Shown here piece by piece: positions 13,425-26,708 of a DNA stretch of 64,000 bases; the stretch's first letter is position 1; each line of letters opens with the position of its first letter. The notes below the pieces were generated by a model. That model searched no databases. It worked only from the letters and a program-made list of their open reading frames with translations, and was not told the origin of the DNA. Origin of the DNA: Neodothiora populina. Taxonomy: Eukaryota. Position numbers and translations under genes: made by a program. The stretch is from the NCBI RefSeq assembly GCF_041146345.1, contig NW_027191414.1, positions 434,001 through 498,000 on the forward strand. Reading direction: 5' to 3'.

Positions 13425-15005
13425 CTAGTTGATCTTCTTGGTGTTGCCGTTCGCGTCGGTGGTCGTGGTGCCGGGAGGGGTCATGGGGTGTTTGATGGTC
13501 AGACACCAGATATCCAGGTAATCACAGATGCTGACGATGACGTCTGCCACGAAGGATCCGTGGACGCCGATGCCTAGCCCTAGGCATGAGAACATGAATG
13601 CCACTTGGTATGTGTCGTTGCCGAGAACTGAAGGCCAGCCTAGGCCGATGGCTTCCTGGAGGTGAGGCCCGAGGCTGTCGAGGACGCCGAAGAGGAGAGG
13701 CAGGATGAGGACGTTCGTCATTGGGAAGCGAGACTTGGTCAGGTGGGCTGTAATCATTTGGCCCACGCTGTAGGCGTTCACGAGTCCGACGTAGAAGACG
13801 AAAGGCACGAGGTGGGAATGGAGGATGATTGGCTGGAGGTACAGGTATGCGGGGATAAGTGTCCAGGCCACGAAGAAGGGGAGGAGGCCGTAAAGAGCTG
13901 GAAGTGGACGCTCGCCGCGTTGGCGACGGGATGCCATGACGTTTAGTGCGCTTCGTAGAGTGTCAGCTTCTTCTTTTTGAGACCACATATCCTAACAGTA
14001 ATGATACGCCTAGCAAAAAAAAAAAGAACAATTGACATACCTCGAAACAGTGGCAAAGACAAGGACAAGCCCGCCGTAAACCATGTACCACTCTCCCCAA
14101 GACCATTCGTAAATAAAGTCTGGGATGAAGGAGTAGTGCTCCACGCCGACAGTAGCCAGGAAAGACTGTTGCCAGAAGCTACCTCCGCCCTTGACGGCGG
14201 TGAACGCAAACACGGCACACAATGTCAGAACGCCCTCTACCGGTCCAGAAATGACTCCAAGCGTCAAGGTGTGGGTGTGGTATTCGTCCCAAGTTTGGAC
14301 GTAGAATGTCAACAATGCTGTCGGTACGTTAGTCGACTGACATACTTCAATGCAGAACAAAACTTACATGCGAACAGGATGAGAATAGTCTTCCATCCTT
14401 GGCCGAAATTCATAGTGGCAGAGAAGAGAAGAACACCGAGAGATGTGTTCAGGGCATCGACACCATGGTCGAACAATTCGCCAAGGGGCCCACTCTGCTT
14501 TGTGCGGCGCCTGTAATCACAATTAGTCCAGGTCTTCAGCTGCTGTCACTTGGTTTACTTACGCTTGACTGCCGTCAACAGCATCGAACGTCTGGTACAA
14601 GAACATGCCAATCGCCCAACTTGCGTAGACCCAGGAAGGACAGTCTCGGTCCATACCAGGCGTGTAGTAGAGCATAGTCAAGACATTTGCAATGACGAAT
14701 CCGAATCCGCAAAGAGTGATCTGTAAAATATCGTCTCAGAATCCAGATGTTCACCGACATTAAGGTCTATTTGTAGAAATAATTGCTTACCAGGTTTGGA
14801 CTGCCAACACAAATTAGCTAATGTCCAGTCACAGAGAGTATACAGAATAGAAAGTCAAGACTTACGCCATCCACATGGGGAAGCATTCAATGACCACATT
14901 GTTGTAGAAAGGTTTCAAGATGTATTTGGAGACATAGCTGTGGTCAACACCAGAGTACTTGTATTCCTTCAGCTTGGGCAGCCTTTCCTGACGGATGTAG
15001 ACCAT
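13425..15005 (-). CDS. EPT1: Choline/ethanolamine phosphotransferase (CDP-alcohol phosphatidyltransferase)
   Basis: MVYIRQERLPKLKEYKYSGVDHS; DAVDGSQA|RRTKQSGPLGELFDHGVDALN motif; QTWDEYHTHTLTLG; several introns. Confidence 0.9.
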
Positions 15006-15563
15006 GTCGTTTGCTTGGCTGGGTATATGATGCTTTGTCTATGAATGCTATCGAAATGTCAACGACATGGAGCAGAGGCAGTAGTAGTGGACCCGCGAGT
15101 ATGCTGCAGCACTTGAACTTTCTCAATCGCGCCAAGACCAACAAAAACACAACGACGTCACCACCGACACGTGAAATTCGATTATCAGATCAAGGCAACA
15201 TAGATCATCCAACATTAAATTAATCGGCAGGTTGACGGCGACCAATCTCAAAACGATTCTGGCCGATATGTCAGGCATCGATGTTCGAAAAACTCTAAGC
15301 ATGATTTTGTCTTATAGGGCGAGGTTCAGCTGATTGCAAAGGAATTGTAAACCCGCAGAGTGCATTCGTATGGCTTTAATAAATACATGCGGTGCCAATA
15401 ATAATCGTAGAAACGCCATTTGACCCCTTCTCATCCATCGCTTGTTTGAAAGCACGAGTTCATGACCATATCGCTATGCATTTTGGTATGATGTTCGACA
15501 AATCCACCGTCGTTAGCCTTGAGCCATGAGCTTCGATCCTTGATCCACGATTGTTGCGTCCAT

Positions 15564-16668
15564 CTACGCCACAGGGCTCCATGGCATGGGCACCAAAATC
15601 CTGCTCTTCATCTCCTGAATCAGAGGGACAGTCTTGTGGACAGTCTCACCCCATCCAGGGACGCTCCAGCTTTGCTCTCTGCGAGAACGTCTCTCCTCAA
15701 GATCGGCAAACTGCCATAAGTGGTGCACAGTGTTGAGTTCGCCAATCTGGACGAACCAAGCTCCAACACCTTCCATGACTTCACGTCTTGCGCGAAGCCC
15801 GGTGCGCCAGTGGGTTTCCCACTCTAGAAGATTGCCGGGGTGAAGTGTGTAAGAGCGCAGCTCAAAGACACCACCCAGCTGGCGGGGAGCAGTGGTGGGC
15901 CAGAAGGAAAACTCTTGCATCAAAGAAGTCTTCTTGGAGTTGATGAGAGACTTCAGCTTGCGGTCGAATTCCGGAAACTCGGGATGATGTTGGATGTTGT
16001 GAAGGGAGGCATGGTATCCTTGATAGCGCTGGTATTCCCAAATGTGGACTGTGTCTCTAGTCAGCAAAGGCACAACCTAGTCTTGAGCAAAAGGCATACC
16101 GAAAGTATCACAGTCTCCGACCTCAGTCCGCCAACTACCGACCAGATGAACCTTATTCTCTGGCATGTTGGCCATGCGAGGGTACCAGCTGCCGACGAGC
16201 TCGACATACTCGTCTACTTTGTCTGGTTTGACGTCATGGAAGACGATGCTGTGCATGTATTTGCCTCTGGCTAGGACTTGACTGAAACTGCGCTCAATCT
16301 CCTCATCCATCTCTCTTGCCTCTGGAGTTCCATATAGCAGGTTCGAGAGACGGCCACTTTTCTTGCTGCCATCCTGTTGTTCGCCCGACTTCTCTGGGTC
16401 TGTCAGTCAGCATGGGTTTGCACCACTCTGTAAGGCTTGGTATCAGCTCACTTTCGACTTGGTCACGTTTCTTGTGTGCAGCTATCAGGTCATCGCGGAA
16501 CTTCTGTGACTTCTGGTCAAAGATGTGGCCCTTGTCAGGTTCAACATCTGATATAGATGGTGCTCTCTTCGCCGCGCTGACAGCGGATGAGGTGGAGAAG
16601 GGTCGGAGTAGTGGTGCCGACAAGGGCGTAGATGAAGATAGTCTTGCAACAAGGCGTTTGGAGAACAT
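15564..16668 (-). CDS. NIPSNAP family protein with mitochondrial presequence
   Basis: Arg/Ser-rich N-terminus; LVGSWRTEVGDCDTF|VHIWEY; FELRSYTLHPGNLLEWETHW; VHHLWQF; 2 introns. Confidence 0.92.
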
Positions 16669-16859
16669 TGTGGATGATGTGTTGTTAGGTAATCGGTTGC
16701 TTCTCCAGAGCTCAAGGTAACAATCTTTCAAGAAGGGAAAAGGGACTACTTGAGAGGAGGGGGTGCTTGGGTAAGTTGTTGTGTTATAGTACCAAATAAG
16801 TAATTCGCATAAAAGAGTGAGTGTGATAGGCTGAGACGGGAAGGTACTCTTTTCTCCAA

Positions 16860-16886
16860 CACCTGCACCTGCACCTGCACCTGCAC
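16860..16886. repeat. (CACCTG)4+ hexamer tandem repeat in divergent promoter
   Basis: cacctgcacctgcacctgcacctgcac. Confidence 0.85.
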
Positions 16887-17627
16887 TTTCTCACTACCGA
16901 AGCTCCAGCCTGGAGCTCCCGCTGTTGCGCCCCTGGTGTGGGGTAAGTCCAAACCCACATCGAGCACCTGTGCACGAGCCTGACATCCTCGGTAAATACG
17001 TCACTGATTTGCATCGAGCTCACGGTCCGTCGGGGCCTCAGGCCCGCCCACTGATTTCGATTGATCTACGTGGTTTTCCACACCATCGACAGGTACCTTG
17101 CCTTAAGGTTATTTTGGGTACCTGTGCCTTCGTAAGGTCAGGTATGCCTCTACGATGCCTTGCTGCATTCACGTTTAGAGTTGTGTAATCGTTTTTCTAC
17201 CCGCCGCTTTCCCACTTACGAACGTCGTACGTAGCGATTTGCCTGTGTGTGCAATATCTTACAAAATCGCATGTGTCCTTAACCACAAAGGGCCTCCCTT
17301 GAGGCTGAAAGGGTCTCGTAGCTTGTGCTCCACCATCTGATCATAAGAGTGACGGCATGCGTATGTGGCACATGGGTCCTCCCATCTGCCCAAGCCCTGT
17401 CCGAAAGGTACCTAGTAGGCATTTTTGATGCTGCAATGATGAGAGCTATGACGCAAAAGTTGCGAGTGACGATGTATGGCAACGCTGGTACAGACGTTTA
17501 TAAACCATTGCACCCCTCTTTGGACTGGCCTTGACCTACCACATCCCTTCATATTCCCTCGCAGCAGTTTTTTTCCTGCTCCTCCGTCCCACCACATCAA
17601 CTCCAGATCCATTCAGATCCCGCAATA

Positions 17628-18851
17628 ATGATTCCTGCACGTCCTCTTGCCCGCTCAGCTCTGCCTAGAGCAATCCGCTCTGCTCGCGCACCCAGAACTC
17701 AGCAGGCCCGCTTCCAGTCTTCATATTCAACGGGAAATGCCTCTGCCAACAGCTCTCACATTGGTGCTGGTGTTGCCGGTGGTCTTGCCGCAGCCGTAGC
17801 TCTGTACGGCGTCTATTACATCACCCCCGCTGGTCAGATGTCAAGGAAGATCAACAAGACCGCCAAGGAGGCTTCGCAGAAGTACAACGAGGCTGCTCAG
17901 ATGCTTCAAGCAAGCACCCCTAACGCCGATCAGGCCATTGACTCGATCAAACAATTCGCCTACTCTTACGTCGGTTGGATCCCTGGTGGCCGCCAGTATG
18001 TTGACACTGCCTTCAAGGACTTCGACACCGTCAGGGAGAACCACCGTGACGAGGCAGACAAGCTTGTCAACGATGCCTATCGCCAGTTCCAGGACCTTGC
18101 CAAGTCAGGCTTGAGCATGGAGACCGCATCCAAGGCTTACGACGTTCTTGCCGACCTCACTAAGAAGGTTGGTGAGCTAGCTGGAAGCGCCATTGATGAC
18201 ATCCTCAAAAACCACCCTGAGGCAAAGGAGAAGTTCGGAGGCAGCGTCGATCAGCTCAAGCAGATGGGCGAGCAATACGGTCCCGATGCCAAGAAGCAGG
18301 TTGACGAGACCTGGAAGCAGGTCAAGGAGGTCATGGCCGGCGGCTTCAGTGTCACCACCGTCACCAAGGCTAAGAAGCTTATCGAGGAGAAGGTCGAGCA
18401 AATGAAGAAGCTTGGCGACGAGGCCTGGAGCAAGGGCATGGAGCAGGCTAAGCCTATGCTCGAGAAGAACCCCAAGATCAAGGATTTGATCGAGAAGAAC
18501 ACAGACGCCTTGAAGAGCGGAAACGCAAAGGAGTTGTTCGAGAAGGCTAGGAGCGCCGTTCAAAATGGCGAGATCCGTGACTTCGAGGAGTATATCAACA
18601 GCACAGTCGAAAAGGCCAAGTCTAAGGGCTCCCAATTGACCGGAGGCAGTCTGGACCAGTACTTCAAGATGATCCCCAGTGGTGGCGAGATTATTCCGAA
18701 GCTGAAGAACTTGAGCGAGATTGCTGAGAAGCACAAGGAAGAGGGCGAGAAGCTGTTCAAGGAGACCATGGACGAGCTGAAGCAGGTCCTTGACAAGAAG
18801 TCGAAGAAGGCCCAAGAGATCGTCGAGAAGGCAAAGAAGGAAGCCAAGTAG
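17628..18851 (+). CDS. Putative mitochondrial membrane-anchored apolipoprotein/apolipophorin-like helical protein
   Basis: Intronless 407 aa with strong codon bias; Arg-rich presequence, one TM helix (IGAGVAGGLAAAVALYGVYY), then long K/E/A amphipathic helices. Confidence 0.75.
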   Translation: MIPARPLARSALPRAIRSARAPRTQQARFQSSYSTGNASANSSHIGAGVAGGLAAAVALYGVYYITPAGQMSRKINKTAKEASQKYNEAAQMLQASTPNADQAIDSIKQFAYSYVGWIPGGRQYVDTAFKDFDTVRENHRDEADKLVNDAYRQFQDLAKSGLSMETASKAYDVLADLTKKVGELAGSAIDDILKNHPEAKEKFGGSVDQLKQMGEQYGPDAKKQVDETWKQVKEVMAGGFSVTTVTKAKKLIEEKVEQMKKLGDEAWSKGMEQAKPMLEKNPKIKDLIEKNTDALKSGNAKELFEKARSAVQNGEIRDFEEYINSTVEKAKSKGSQLTGGSLDQYFKMIPSGGEIIPKLKNLSEIAEKHKEEGEKLFKETMDELKQVLDKKSKKAQEIVEKAKKEAK

Positions 18852-20140
18852 GCGTTTTCATGCAAAGATATGAACGTCACCTGCCTGTACTATAGCTATG
18901 AGCGATGATTTCTGCAAGCGACAATTCCAGTAATTTCTTTAATCAAAAAACCTCATTCTACCACTCTGCCGACTGTTCCTGATCATGTTGTTCTTCCTGT
19001 TATCTGTGACGTTCGTGGTAGACAGTGCATATCACATGCCACGACTGTTTCAACGAACTTCCGTTTCAGCCGTGTAGATTGTCAAAGCATTTGAAATTTG
19101 TCAGAGTTGAGATATGGCAATTGCGATCAGGCGGAGGACAACACTTATCAAAAAGTACTATATACAATGGTCGAGTTGCAGCATGTTTATTAATATGGAG
19201 GTGCCTTGAATCGACGGCCTCAGGGCTCGGCAGATAAGTCTATCAGTACCTGTGAGATGTGGCTGTGTAGGTTCTAATATCTGTGTATGTTCCAGCGAAC
19301 GAACACATGATTGTTTTCCTCGTTTATTCTATCCCGTCACCGTCTCCACACAATGGCGAATACTATGGGCTATACCTTACCCTTTGCAGAAGCATCGCAC
19401 TCTATACCAATGCCGAGTAGACCGGTAACATGCTCATCTAGACATGACGAATGTAACACTGCTGTGTGCCAGAAAAATGTCGCTGGTCGAGAAGCCTCCG
19501 AGGCATATCCTGAGTCAGGCCATCATAATCTAGGTTCCCGGACGCTTCCTATCCGCTCCGCTGGGTCCAGCTTATGTCGACGTCCCTGTTGGATCGGCAG
19601 GGAAAGCCCGCGAGCTGCGCTCCTCTCAACAACACACAGTGTGCACATCAGCACATCAATGGCACAGGATTCGACTCCAAGAAATCGAGAAGAAACAATC
19701 ATTGGGCGCTTATCGATTTTCGATGTCCAATATAAGTCCAATCTTCCAATTGACCCACTTGTAGGCCTTGGTTGGGTCTGCATGAGTGTATCGGCGAGAG
19801 ATCGGACCATTCATAACATCAGCCGAGACAGTCGAACATCGAGACGAACACGATTTATTGCCGCCGTGGCAAGGCCGTGCCAGCGTCATACGATGGACGT
19901 GACACCCCAACCGAGTCAAAAGGAGGCATGGTGGTTCCTGAATGCTACATCACGAGCTTTTGTGAAAATAGTATATTCTGCTCCCAATTGACATGAGACA
20001 TACTTGCTCACACCGTGTTCCCTTCGAGTCATCTCTATAAACACGCCGCATGTAAGCCAAGTGAAATGGTTTTTCTGTAGATTTTATGTTTTGAATCGAG
20101 ACCTGTCAATAAGCACTACAAATCATCAGTCACAATCATC

Positions 20141-21684
20141 ATGTTCGCGAATGGTGCTACTCGGCGTAGAGCGAATACATTGCCGAACAGCTCGAATTGT
20201 TCAAGCGATGAGACTTTAGACAAAGACATAAGAGATGTCGAGGAAGGCCGAACACAGAAAGCAGAGAAGAAAATATGGGCCGAGAAAGAAGGCGATGATA
20301 GATACATCACGCTGAAGGAACGACTGAGACAGTACGTATGAAACCTTACTCATCACTCACATGAATACATTCGACTAACAAATCTTATAGCTTCACATGG
20401 GCTTGGTTTACTGTATGTTTATTCTTCATATATGTCACCCATTGCATCTTGACAAAATTGATGCGGATCGACTGGAGTTCATCATGAGTAGTGACACTGA
20501 CATGGAGTCTAGCTCACGATGTCAACAGGAGGCTTCTCTCTTCTCCTCTCAGTTCAGCCACACAAATTCCGCAAGCTCATGACATTAGGCACGATCGTCT
20601 ATATCTTTGATCTAGTTCTGTTTGTGTCGTTATGCACGGCAATGATCACGAGATTCATTCTCTATCCATCAAGTCTACGGCGGTCACTGACCTACCCTAA
20701 CGAGTCCCTTTTCTTCCCCACTTTCTGGCTTTCGTTCCCAACGATAATAGGGGGCATGCAGAACTACGGCGGTGACAAAGTGGGAGACTGGCTGCCTGTC
20801 GTCCTTCGCGTGCTATACTGGATCTACTGCGCATGCACGACCCTGGTCGCAATCTTACAATATTGGTATCTCTTTACCGCCAAGCAATTGACCGTCCAAG
20901 CCATGGCTCCCTCTTGGATCCTGCCTATCTTCCCTGCCATGCTCTGCGGTACCCTTGCTTCGATAGTCGCGAAGACTCAACCCTACGATCAACGCATGCC
21001 TATCATCGTTTCAGGCATTGCGTTCCAGGGCCTCGGAATGACGGTTTCGATATGCATGTATGCGGTTCTCATCGCACGACTGATGGAATATGGACTACCG
21101 CCGCCGAACGCTCGACCGGGAATGTTCATCTGTGTCGGTCCACCCAGCTTCACAGCTCTAGCGTTGATCGGCATGAGCAAGGCCTTGCCCGAGGGGTATT
21201 CGTACTTCGAAGACAACCCAACCGCGATCGTGGCCGTCAAGGCCCTCGCAGTCTTCACGGCCATTTTCCTCTGGGCCTTGTCGTTCTGGTGAGTTTTTTT
21301 TCTGTCCCTTTCTGCCCTGCCTCTCCTCTACTATCATTGATTGACATGAGTTCGTTCTCAAGGTGGTTCGCCATAGCCTTCATCTCGGTCCTATACGGCA
21401 TCAAGGAAATGTCCTTCCATCTCGTCTGGTGGGCCTTCGTATTCCCTAACACAGGCTTCACAATCGCCACCATCGACATCGGCGAGCAGCTGAAGTCTCA
21501 AGGTATCCAATGGGTCGGCAGCATCATGTCCATCCTGATCTTCGCAATGTGGACCTTTGTCATTGTTAATCATATCAGGGCGTTGGTCACGAAGAGGATG
21601 ATGATGCCTGGCATGGATGAGGATAAGGGAAATGAGACCGATCCTGTCGTGGCGGATTATCAGAGTGGTAGAAGGGCGAATTAG
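20141..21684 (+). CDS. MAE1: SLAC1/TDT family C4-dicarboxylate (malate) transporter, Mae1-like
   Basis: ERLR|HFTWAWFT|LTMSTGG (22-nt microexon), ESLFFPTFWLS, PGMFICVGPPSFTALAL, WWAFVFPNTGF. Confidence 0.9.
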
Positions 21685-22065
21685 AGCGGAAAAGCATCAT
21701 AGCGATTGGAGTTTTCATTTTTCGGATCTGTTACTTTTTGTCTTTGGGGCATGGATTACACTGGGCAGACTATGCATTACATGGATAGAGCAATGGCATG
21801 CACGACGGCAGGTCATGGGACAGCTGAGATAGCACGTCGAATGGTGGACGATACGGACACATAGATTATAGATTATAATTTCATGAAGGACCCGCTGATC
21901 TTTCTATTCTTCTCTCATCGCATGCATAATCCCACTATACCCAATGCTCCAACCGACCATCCCATCACCGAACATTTAACAAAGTCCCGCAAGAAAAATA
22001 GAGGGGGGAAAAGAGGACATATCAGTCAGAAGAGAGAACAACAAAGAAAAGAAAGGTAGCCCTCC

Positions 22066-23337
22066 TCAAGAACAGTCCAACCCACTCATCAACGCATCGA
22101 TTCTCCTCTCATTATCCCTCAGCCTCCTGAATGCAGCCAATAGTATCTCTCTCGTGACTTCGTCGAGCTCGATGCTATGCTTGACGGTTTCCTCCGAGAA
22201 CCAGCGCATGTGTGCTACCTTCTCTAGCACTTGGTTGAAGTAATTTGGGGGTGGCGGGAGTGGTGCCGTGGAAGCGAAGGTGGAAGCAGAGGTGGAAGCA
22301 GAGGAGGGATAGGGGGAGCGGAAGTGAAATGATGGAGATGGATGAGGAGGCGAAGTAGAGGAGGTGGATTGTAAGGGAGAGGATTGGTAATTGCGTGGGT
22401 GGTGGGGGGTAGGTGACGAGGCTAGTGCATGGCGGATTGCGTCAGGAGTGGGTGTACGTGGACCTGAGTGCGGCAGAGGAGACGCTGCTCGGGGCGCCAT
22501 TCTGGTAGCCGTGGGAGAGAGTCGTGGTGTTGGTGTTGGTTGAGTGGCTTGCGAAGAGTTTGCGGTAGCGGTGCTATTGATCCTTGGGAACTGATTGTTC
22601 ATAAGACCACATCGACCGTTGCACTTTGGACTCCTCGCTGTATCCGGGTCCACCTCAAGCATCTCAACAATAGGAGAGACTTCGTAAGTTTGTGCGATTA
22701 TCCACGTGTCTACTTTCTGATGTGGATGTCTGTATTTCCCGGCTTGTGAGATATGAAGAGGCGAAGCCATGCTCTGGAAGACTTGATCTGGGCGTACGTT
22801 CAGTGTCTCTCTTAAATTGCAGAGGAACACATCATTGACAGTCTTCGTAATGACAGACGTATCACTACTAGTGTTGCGGGTGGTGGCATCGGTGCCTCTG
22901 GATATGTGATCCGCATTATAAGTCTTGCACGGCGGTTTCCAGCCCCTAGGCCCCTTTCCTGGCTTGTGAAGAAGCAGCAGCACGTGCTGCTTGGAGAAGA
23001 GCAGAGTCAGTAGAGACAGCTTGTCGTAGACGATGGCACATTCAGGCTTGTAAAGATTGGTATGGCTGATAGAGATCTGGTCCATGAATTGGATCGGACT
23101 CAGGTGTTGATGGTCTATGTCGCGAGCTAGATCGCGAAGCCTTCCTAACATTACATGCTCGCCCGCTGGGCATGTTGATGATGTCTCTGGATTGCTTGAA
23201 TTATCTTTCGATGCCGTATCATCGCGACAGACTGTCGGCTGCTGGTTGAGAGGTCCATTGCCTACAGGGGCCAACATTATGTGTAGAAGGAGACATTGGT
23301 TGGATGCTTCCAATTCGCAATCTGCTATATTGGCCAT
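22066..23337 (-). CDS. Hypothetical protein (orphan), Pro/Ser/Thr-rich with C-terminal helical segment
   Basis: About 420-codon stop-free ORF with no competing gene; no family motif recognised; start uncertain. Confidence 0.45.
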   Translation of the reverse strand: MANIADCELEASNQCLLLHIMLAPVGNGPLNQQPTVCRDDTASKDNSSNPETSSTCPAGEHVMLGRLRDLARDIDHQHLSPIQFMDQISISHTNLYKPECAIVYDKLSLLTLLFSKQHVLLLLHKPGKGPRGWKPPCKTYNADHISRGTDATTRNTSSDTSVITKTVNDVFLCNLRETLNVRPDQVFQSMASPLHISQAGKYRHPHQKVDTWIIAQTYEVSPIVEMLEVDPDTARSPKCNGRCGLMNNQFPRINSTATANSSQATQPTPTPRLSPTATRMAPRAASPLPHSGPRTPTPDAIRHALASSPTPHHPRNYQSSPLQSTSSTSPPHPSPSFHFRSPYPSSASTSASTFASTAPLPPPPNYFNQVLEKVAHMRWFSEETVKHSIELDEVTREILLAAFRRLRDNERRIDALMSGLDCS

Positions 23338-25144
23338 ATCGCGACAGCAGGATCTCAACACTTCAATGTTGATGATGTTTCAAGGGTAGTCGTAGACAAA
23401 TACAGATAGGTGCGGGTGTAGGATAAGAGATCAGTAGTGAAGCGGTCAAAGAAGGGGAGTAGTATAAAAAAGTGGTGGACAACACAGTGACTCTTTTTGT
23501 GCGCGACCGCATGCCTCTGCGGTGGACAATCTCGCCCATGTTCTCTTTCCACTTACTGTAATCTTAGGGTGCCAGCTAAGCTCGGAAGTGTCATACACAG
23601 GTGATCTTAGCGCGTGCCACTTTGTCCCGTGGATGTATGCACCGGTGATTGCTGCTACATGTATTTGTCTCTGTAGACGATTCTTGTCAAGGCTGTCATC
23701 AGTAAGCTCGGACTCGTCTCATACAGCATACTGTTCTTATGATCAAGTAGATGGATAGATAGATAGCGACTGCGACATTCTTCGCTTAGACTTGTAAACG
23801 ATGAGCTGGTGGTTACCATCGTATCAATGTGTTCGAGTTAATAATGTTTGTCATCCGGAGCGATGCACAAGTCAAAGCAGTGCACACAGTGACCAGGTCA
23901 TAGAATTGTTGCGACCAGAAGATACCCTACCTGCTTAGAGTGAAAGCATGCTAGATCCATTAATGTCAAAGTCGGCAAACCAAACGTTGTAGACTGCTTT
24001 GACAGAATAGAAGGATATTCGAAACCAGGAGGCCGCCTTGCAAATAAGTAAAGGTCGCCGGGGAAGGAAGACCAAAGCCATGCTGGATCAGTGTCTACGA
24101 AGTGAAAGAGGGCAGAGGTCTTTTCCTGGTCTCAAAATTCCAACGTATGGGATCAAATATATCGTCTCGAGGTGTTGTCAGTGTTGTCGATGTTGTCAGC
24201 TGAGAGTGGACTCGAGCCATGTTGTGATAATGAGGCGAAGGTGGATAGATGACAGATGAGAGTCCTATTTCTACAATTGATAGAGCGTGAAATTCATGAC
24301 TGCATTGGCACGTCTAGCGGAGAACATATCCTATGTCTTACAGCACTGCGTGGTGTACACGACTTCCTTATAGCTGAAAGCGGAGGAACCGAGATGAAGT
24401 CGAAAAGTACCTACTGGTGTAAGTGTAAGTACTATGAGGCTCTCCACGTAAAGCTGAATGTTTCGACCCAGCGAGACCTAATGACTGTGGGGAAGCTCTT
24501 GTCGATAAGAATGACCTCTTAAATTCTGAATTGCTTCTTTCTGCAGTTCTGGATCAACAATAGGAAAGCAACACTATCTCATCTTAGATTCTGATTTAGC
24601 ATAATCGTACAGCATGATAAGGTATTGACCTCAACTCAAATATCGTACAACTGCTTAGCATACCTATCGGTCTGGTAATCTGATATCCACAACCTATAAT
24701 CTTGTGGCAGAAGCAGCTGTTATTTTACCCAGTAGACATAAGAACGGGTGGAGTGGATTTGCAAAACACCAAACGTCACTGTATCGTCACGCCCGGCGCA
24801 CATCACTTTACTGTCACCCTTACCACGCTGCTCTTCGACCAACCCTTGCTAGTTCAATGGCGTATATTCAAGCCTGCCTTATCTTCTGGGCATAGCACAG
24901 TATGACGAGGGAGTGGGTAAAATTCTCGAACTCGAAATACAAAAGTGATCGACACGGCTAGGTAGGTCAAATATAAGTTCAAGAAAGAGCCTCAACACTG
25001 TTTACCCATTTCATGAGTTTATTTCCTACTTACTCATACCATACTTGTTCATATACACCATCCTATCCAACTTCTCTCTAGCCAATCGTAGAAGAAACAG
25101 CACTTCCCATCTCTTTTTTTCCCCCCCCATTCCCCTCACAGAAC

Positions 25145-26044
25145 ATGAAGATAGCAATAGCAGGCGCCAGCGGCCTAGTGGGCCGCGAAGTCGTATCCCT
25201 CTGCGCGAAAGCAGGCCACCACACGATACAAATCGACCGGGCCTCGCCCGAATCCTCCCCACCAGGCGGCGGGCCCAAATCCAGCGAAACCGAGCACCGC
25301 ACAGCGGACATCGCAAACTCATACAGCGAAACCCTCGACGCCATGCGCAGCGCCGACGCCGTGATCCACCTAGCCGCGATCCCGAACCCAGTCGACAAAG
25401 ACAACAGCCTAGTGCACTCGAACAACGTGAACAGCGCGTTCAACGGGTTCCACGCCGCCGCCGAGCTGGGCATAAAAAACTACTGCTACGTGTCCTCGGT
25501 CAACGCCATCGGGCTAGCCTACGCCAACCGGCCCCTGACCTTCGACCACTTCCCCATGCTCGAGACGCACACGCGGCGCCCGACAGACGCCTACGCCCTC
25601 GCGAAAGCAGAGACCGAACTGCAGGCCTTCTCCTTCGCGGACTGGTTCCCGCACATGAAGATCGCCGTGCTGCGCATCCACCAGGTCTCGCCGCGCGCCG
25701 CGGTTCGCGACGAACACGCCGCCGAGTGGGACGTCAAGGGCGTCAAGCAGCTGTGGGGATGGGTCAGTCCCGCGGCGACGGCGCGCGCCTGTCTGCTGGG
25801 CGTCGACGAGTCGAAGAAGTTCCCCGACGGCAGTAATTGTGAGGTCTTCAATATTGCTGCGCCGACGACTACGCAGGAGGATCCTGGACTTGCGGGACAT
25901 GCGGGGATGAGCAGTAGGCAGCTGGCGCAGAAGTATTTCCCTAATGCGCAGATCAGAGAGGGCTGGGGAGAGGGAAACGAGGGGTTTTGGGATACGGAAA
26001 AGGCAGAGAGGATCTTGGGGTGGTCGCATGAGGAGAGGGAGTGA
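25145..26044 (+). CDS. NAD-dependent epimerase/dehydratase (extended SDR)
   Basis: GASGLVG Rossmann motif, DAVIHLAAIP, YVSS, YALAK (YxxxK); intronless. Confidence 0.9.
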   Translation: MKIAIAGASGLVGREVVSLCAKAGHHTIQIDRASPESSPPGGGPKSSETEHRTADIANSYSETLDAMRSADAVIHLAAIPNPVDKDNSLVHSNNVNSAFNGFHAAAELGIKNYCYVSSVNAIGLAYANRPLTFDHFPMLETHTRRPTDAYALAKAETELQAFSFADWFPHMKIAVLRIHQVSPRAAVRDEHAAEWDVKGVKQLWGWVSPAATARACLLGVDESKKFPDGSNCEVFNIAAPTTTQEDPGLAGHAGMSSRQLAQKYFPNAQIREGWGEGNEGFWDTEKAERILGWSHEERE

Positions 26045-26708
26045 TTCGATTTCCTATCATGCCTGATCTCGATTTCTTAAGTGTTCTTTTTTGCAATATC
26101 ATGACGTGACGATGGCACTCTGGGGAGATGGAATGTTGGATTTTATTTGGTAGCCGCAATATCGTTCGGTCAATCAGCCGAATTTGCAGACATTGGCTGG
26201 CTAGCGAGATATCTGCTCTTGCAGACCTCGAGATACTGACGCCTGTGCTCGAGATATAGATGAGATAGCAATTAGATCCTAGCAAATCAGGAACAAGCCA
26301 TATTCACCGTAGGCACAGCTGAAACAAAAGAAGAAGAAATGGAAAATGTATATTTGTGGCATGTGTCTTAATGTTTTCTTTAGTACAAAGCGAGACTTTC
26401 TTTTCTTCGTCGTCGCTTTGATTCGTTCGTCCTGCTCTTGCACGTCAAGTCGGTGTTCTCGGCCGTCTGTGTATCTCGCACTGCCCCTCTTGAAGGTAGG
26501 CACGAGATCTGTCATCGGTCCGCCCGATTTTCCCAACGCCGGACTTTTCCTCCGACAAAGTGGCGCCGTTGTATGAAAGCCCCCTTCCCATTCACTGGGC
26601 CTATTTGATAAGCCCCTCTTTTCTGCTCCGGGGACACCGATTCCAAATCACAACAGCGACGAGAATTTCAGGTACTCAGACAAGCAAAGCGTTTCGTCGA
26701 AGGGCCGT

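Noticed and set aside
19311..19991. 226-aa ORF upstream of MAE1
   Set aside because: TTG start, no codon bias or motif; probably promoter DNA
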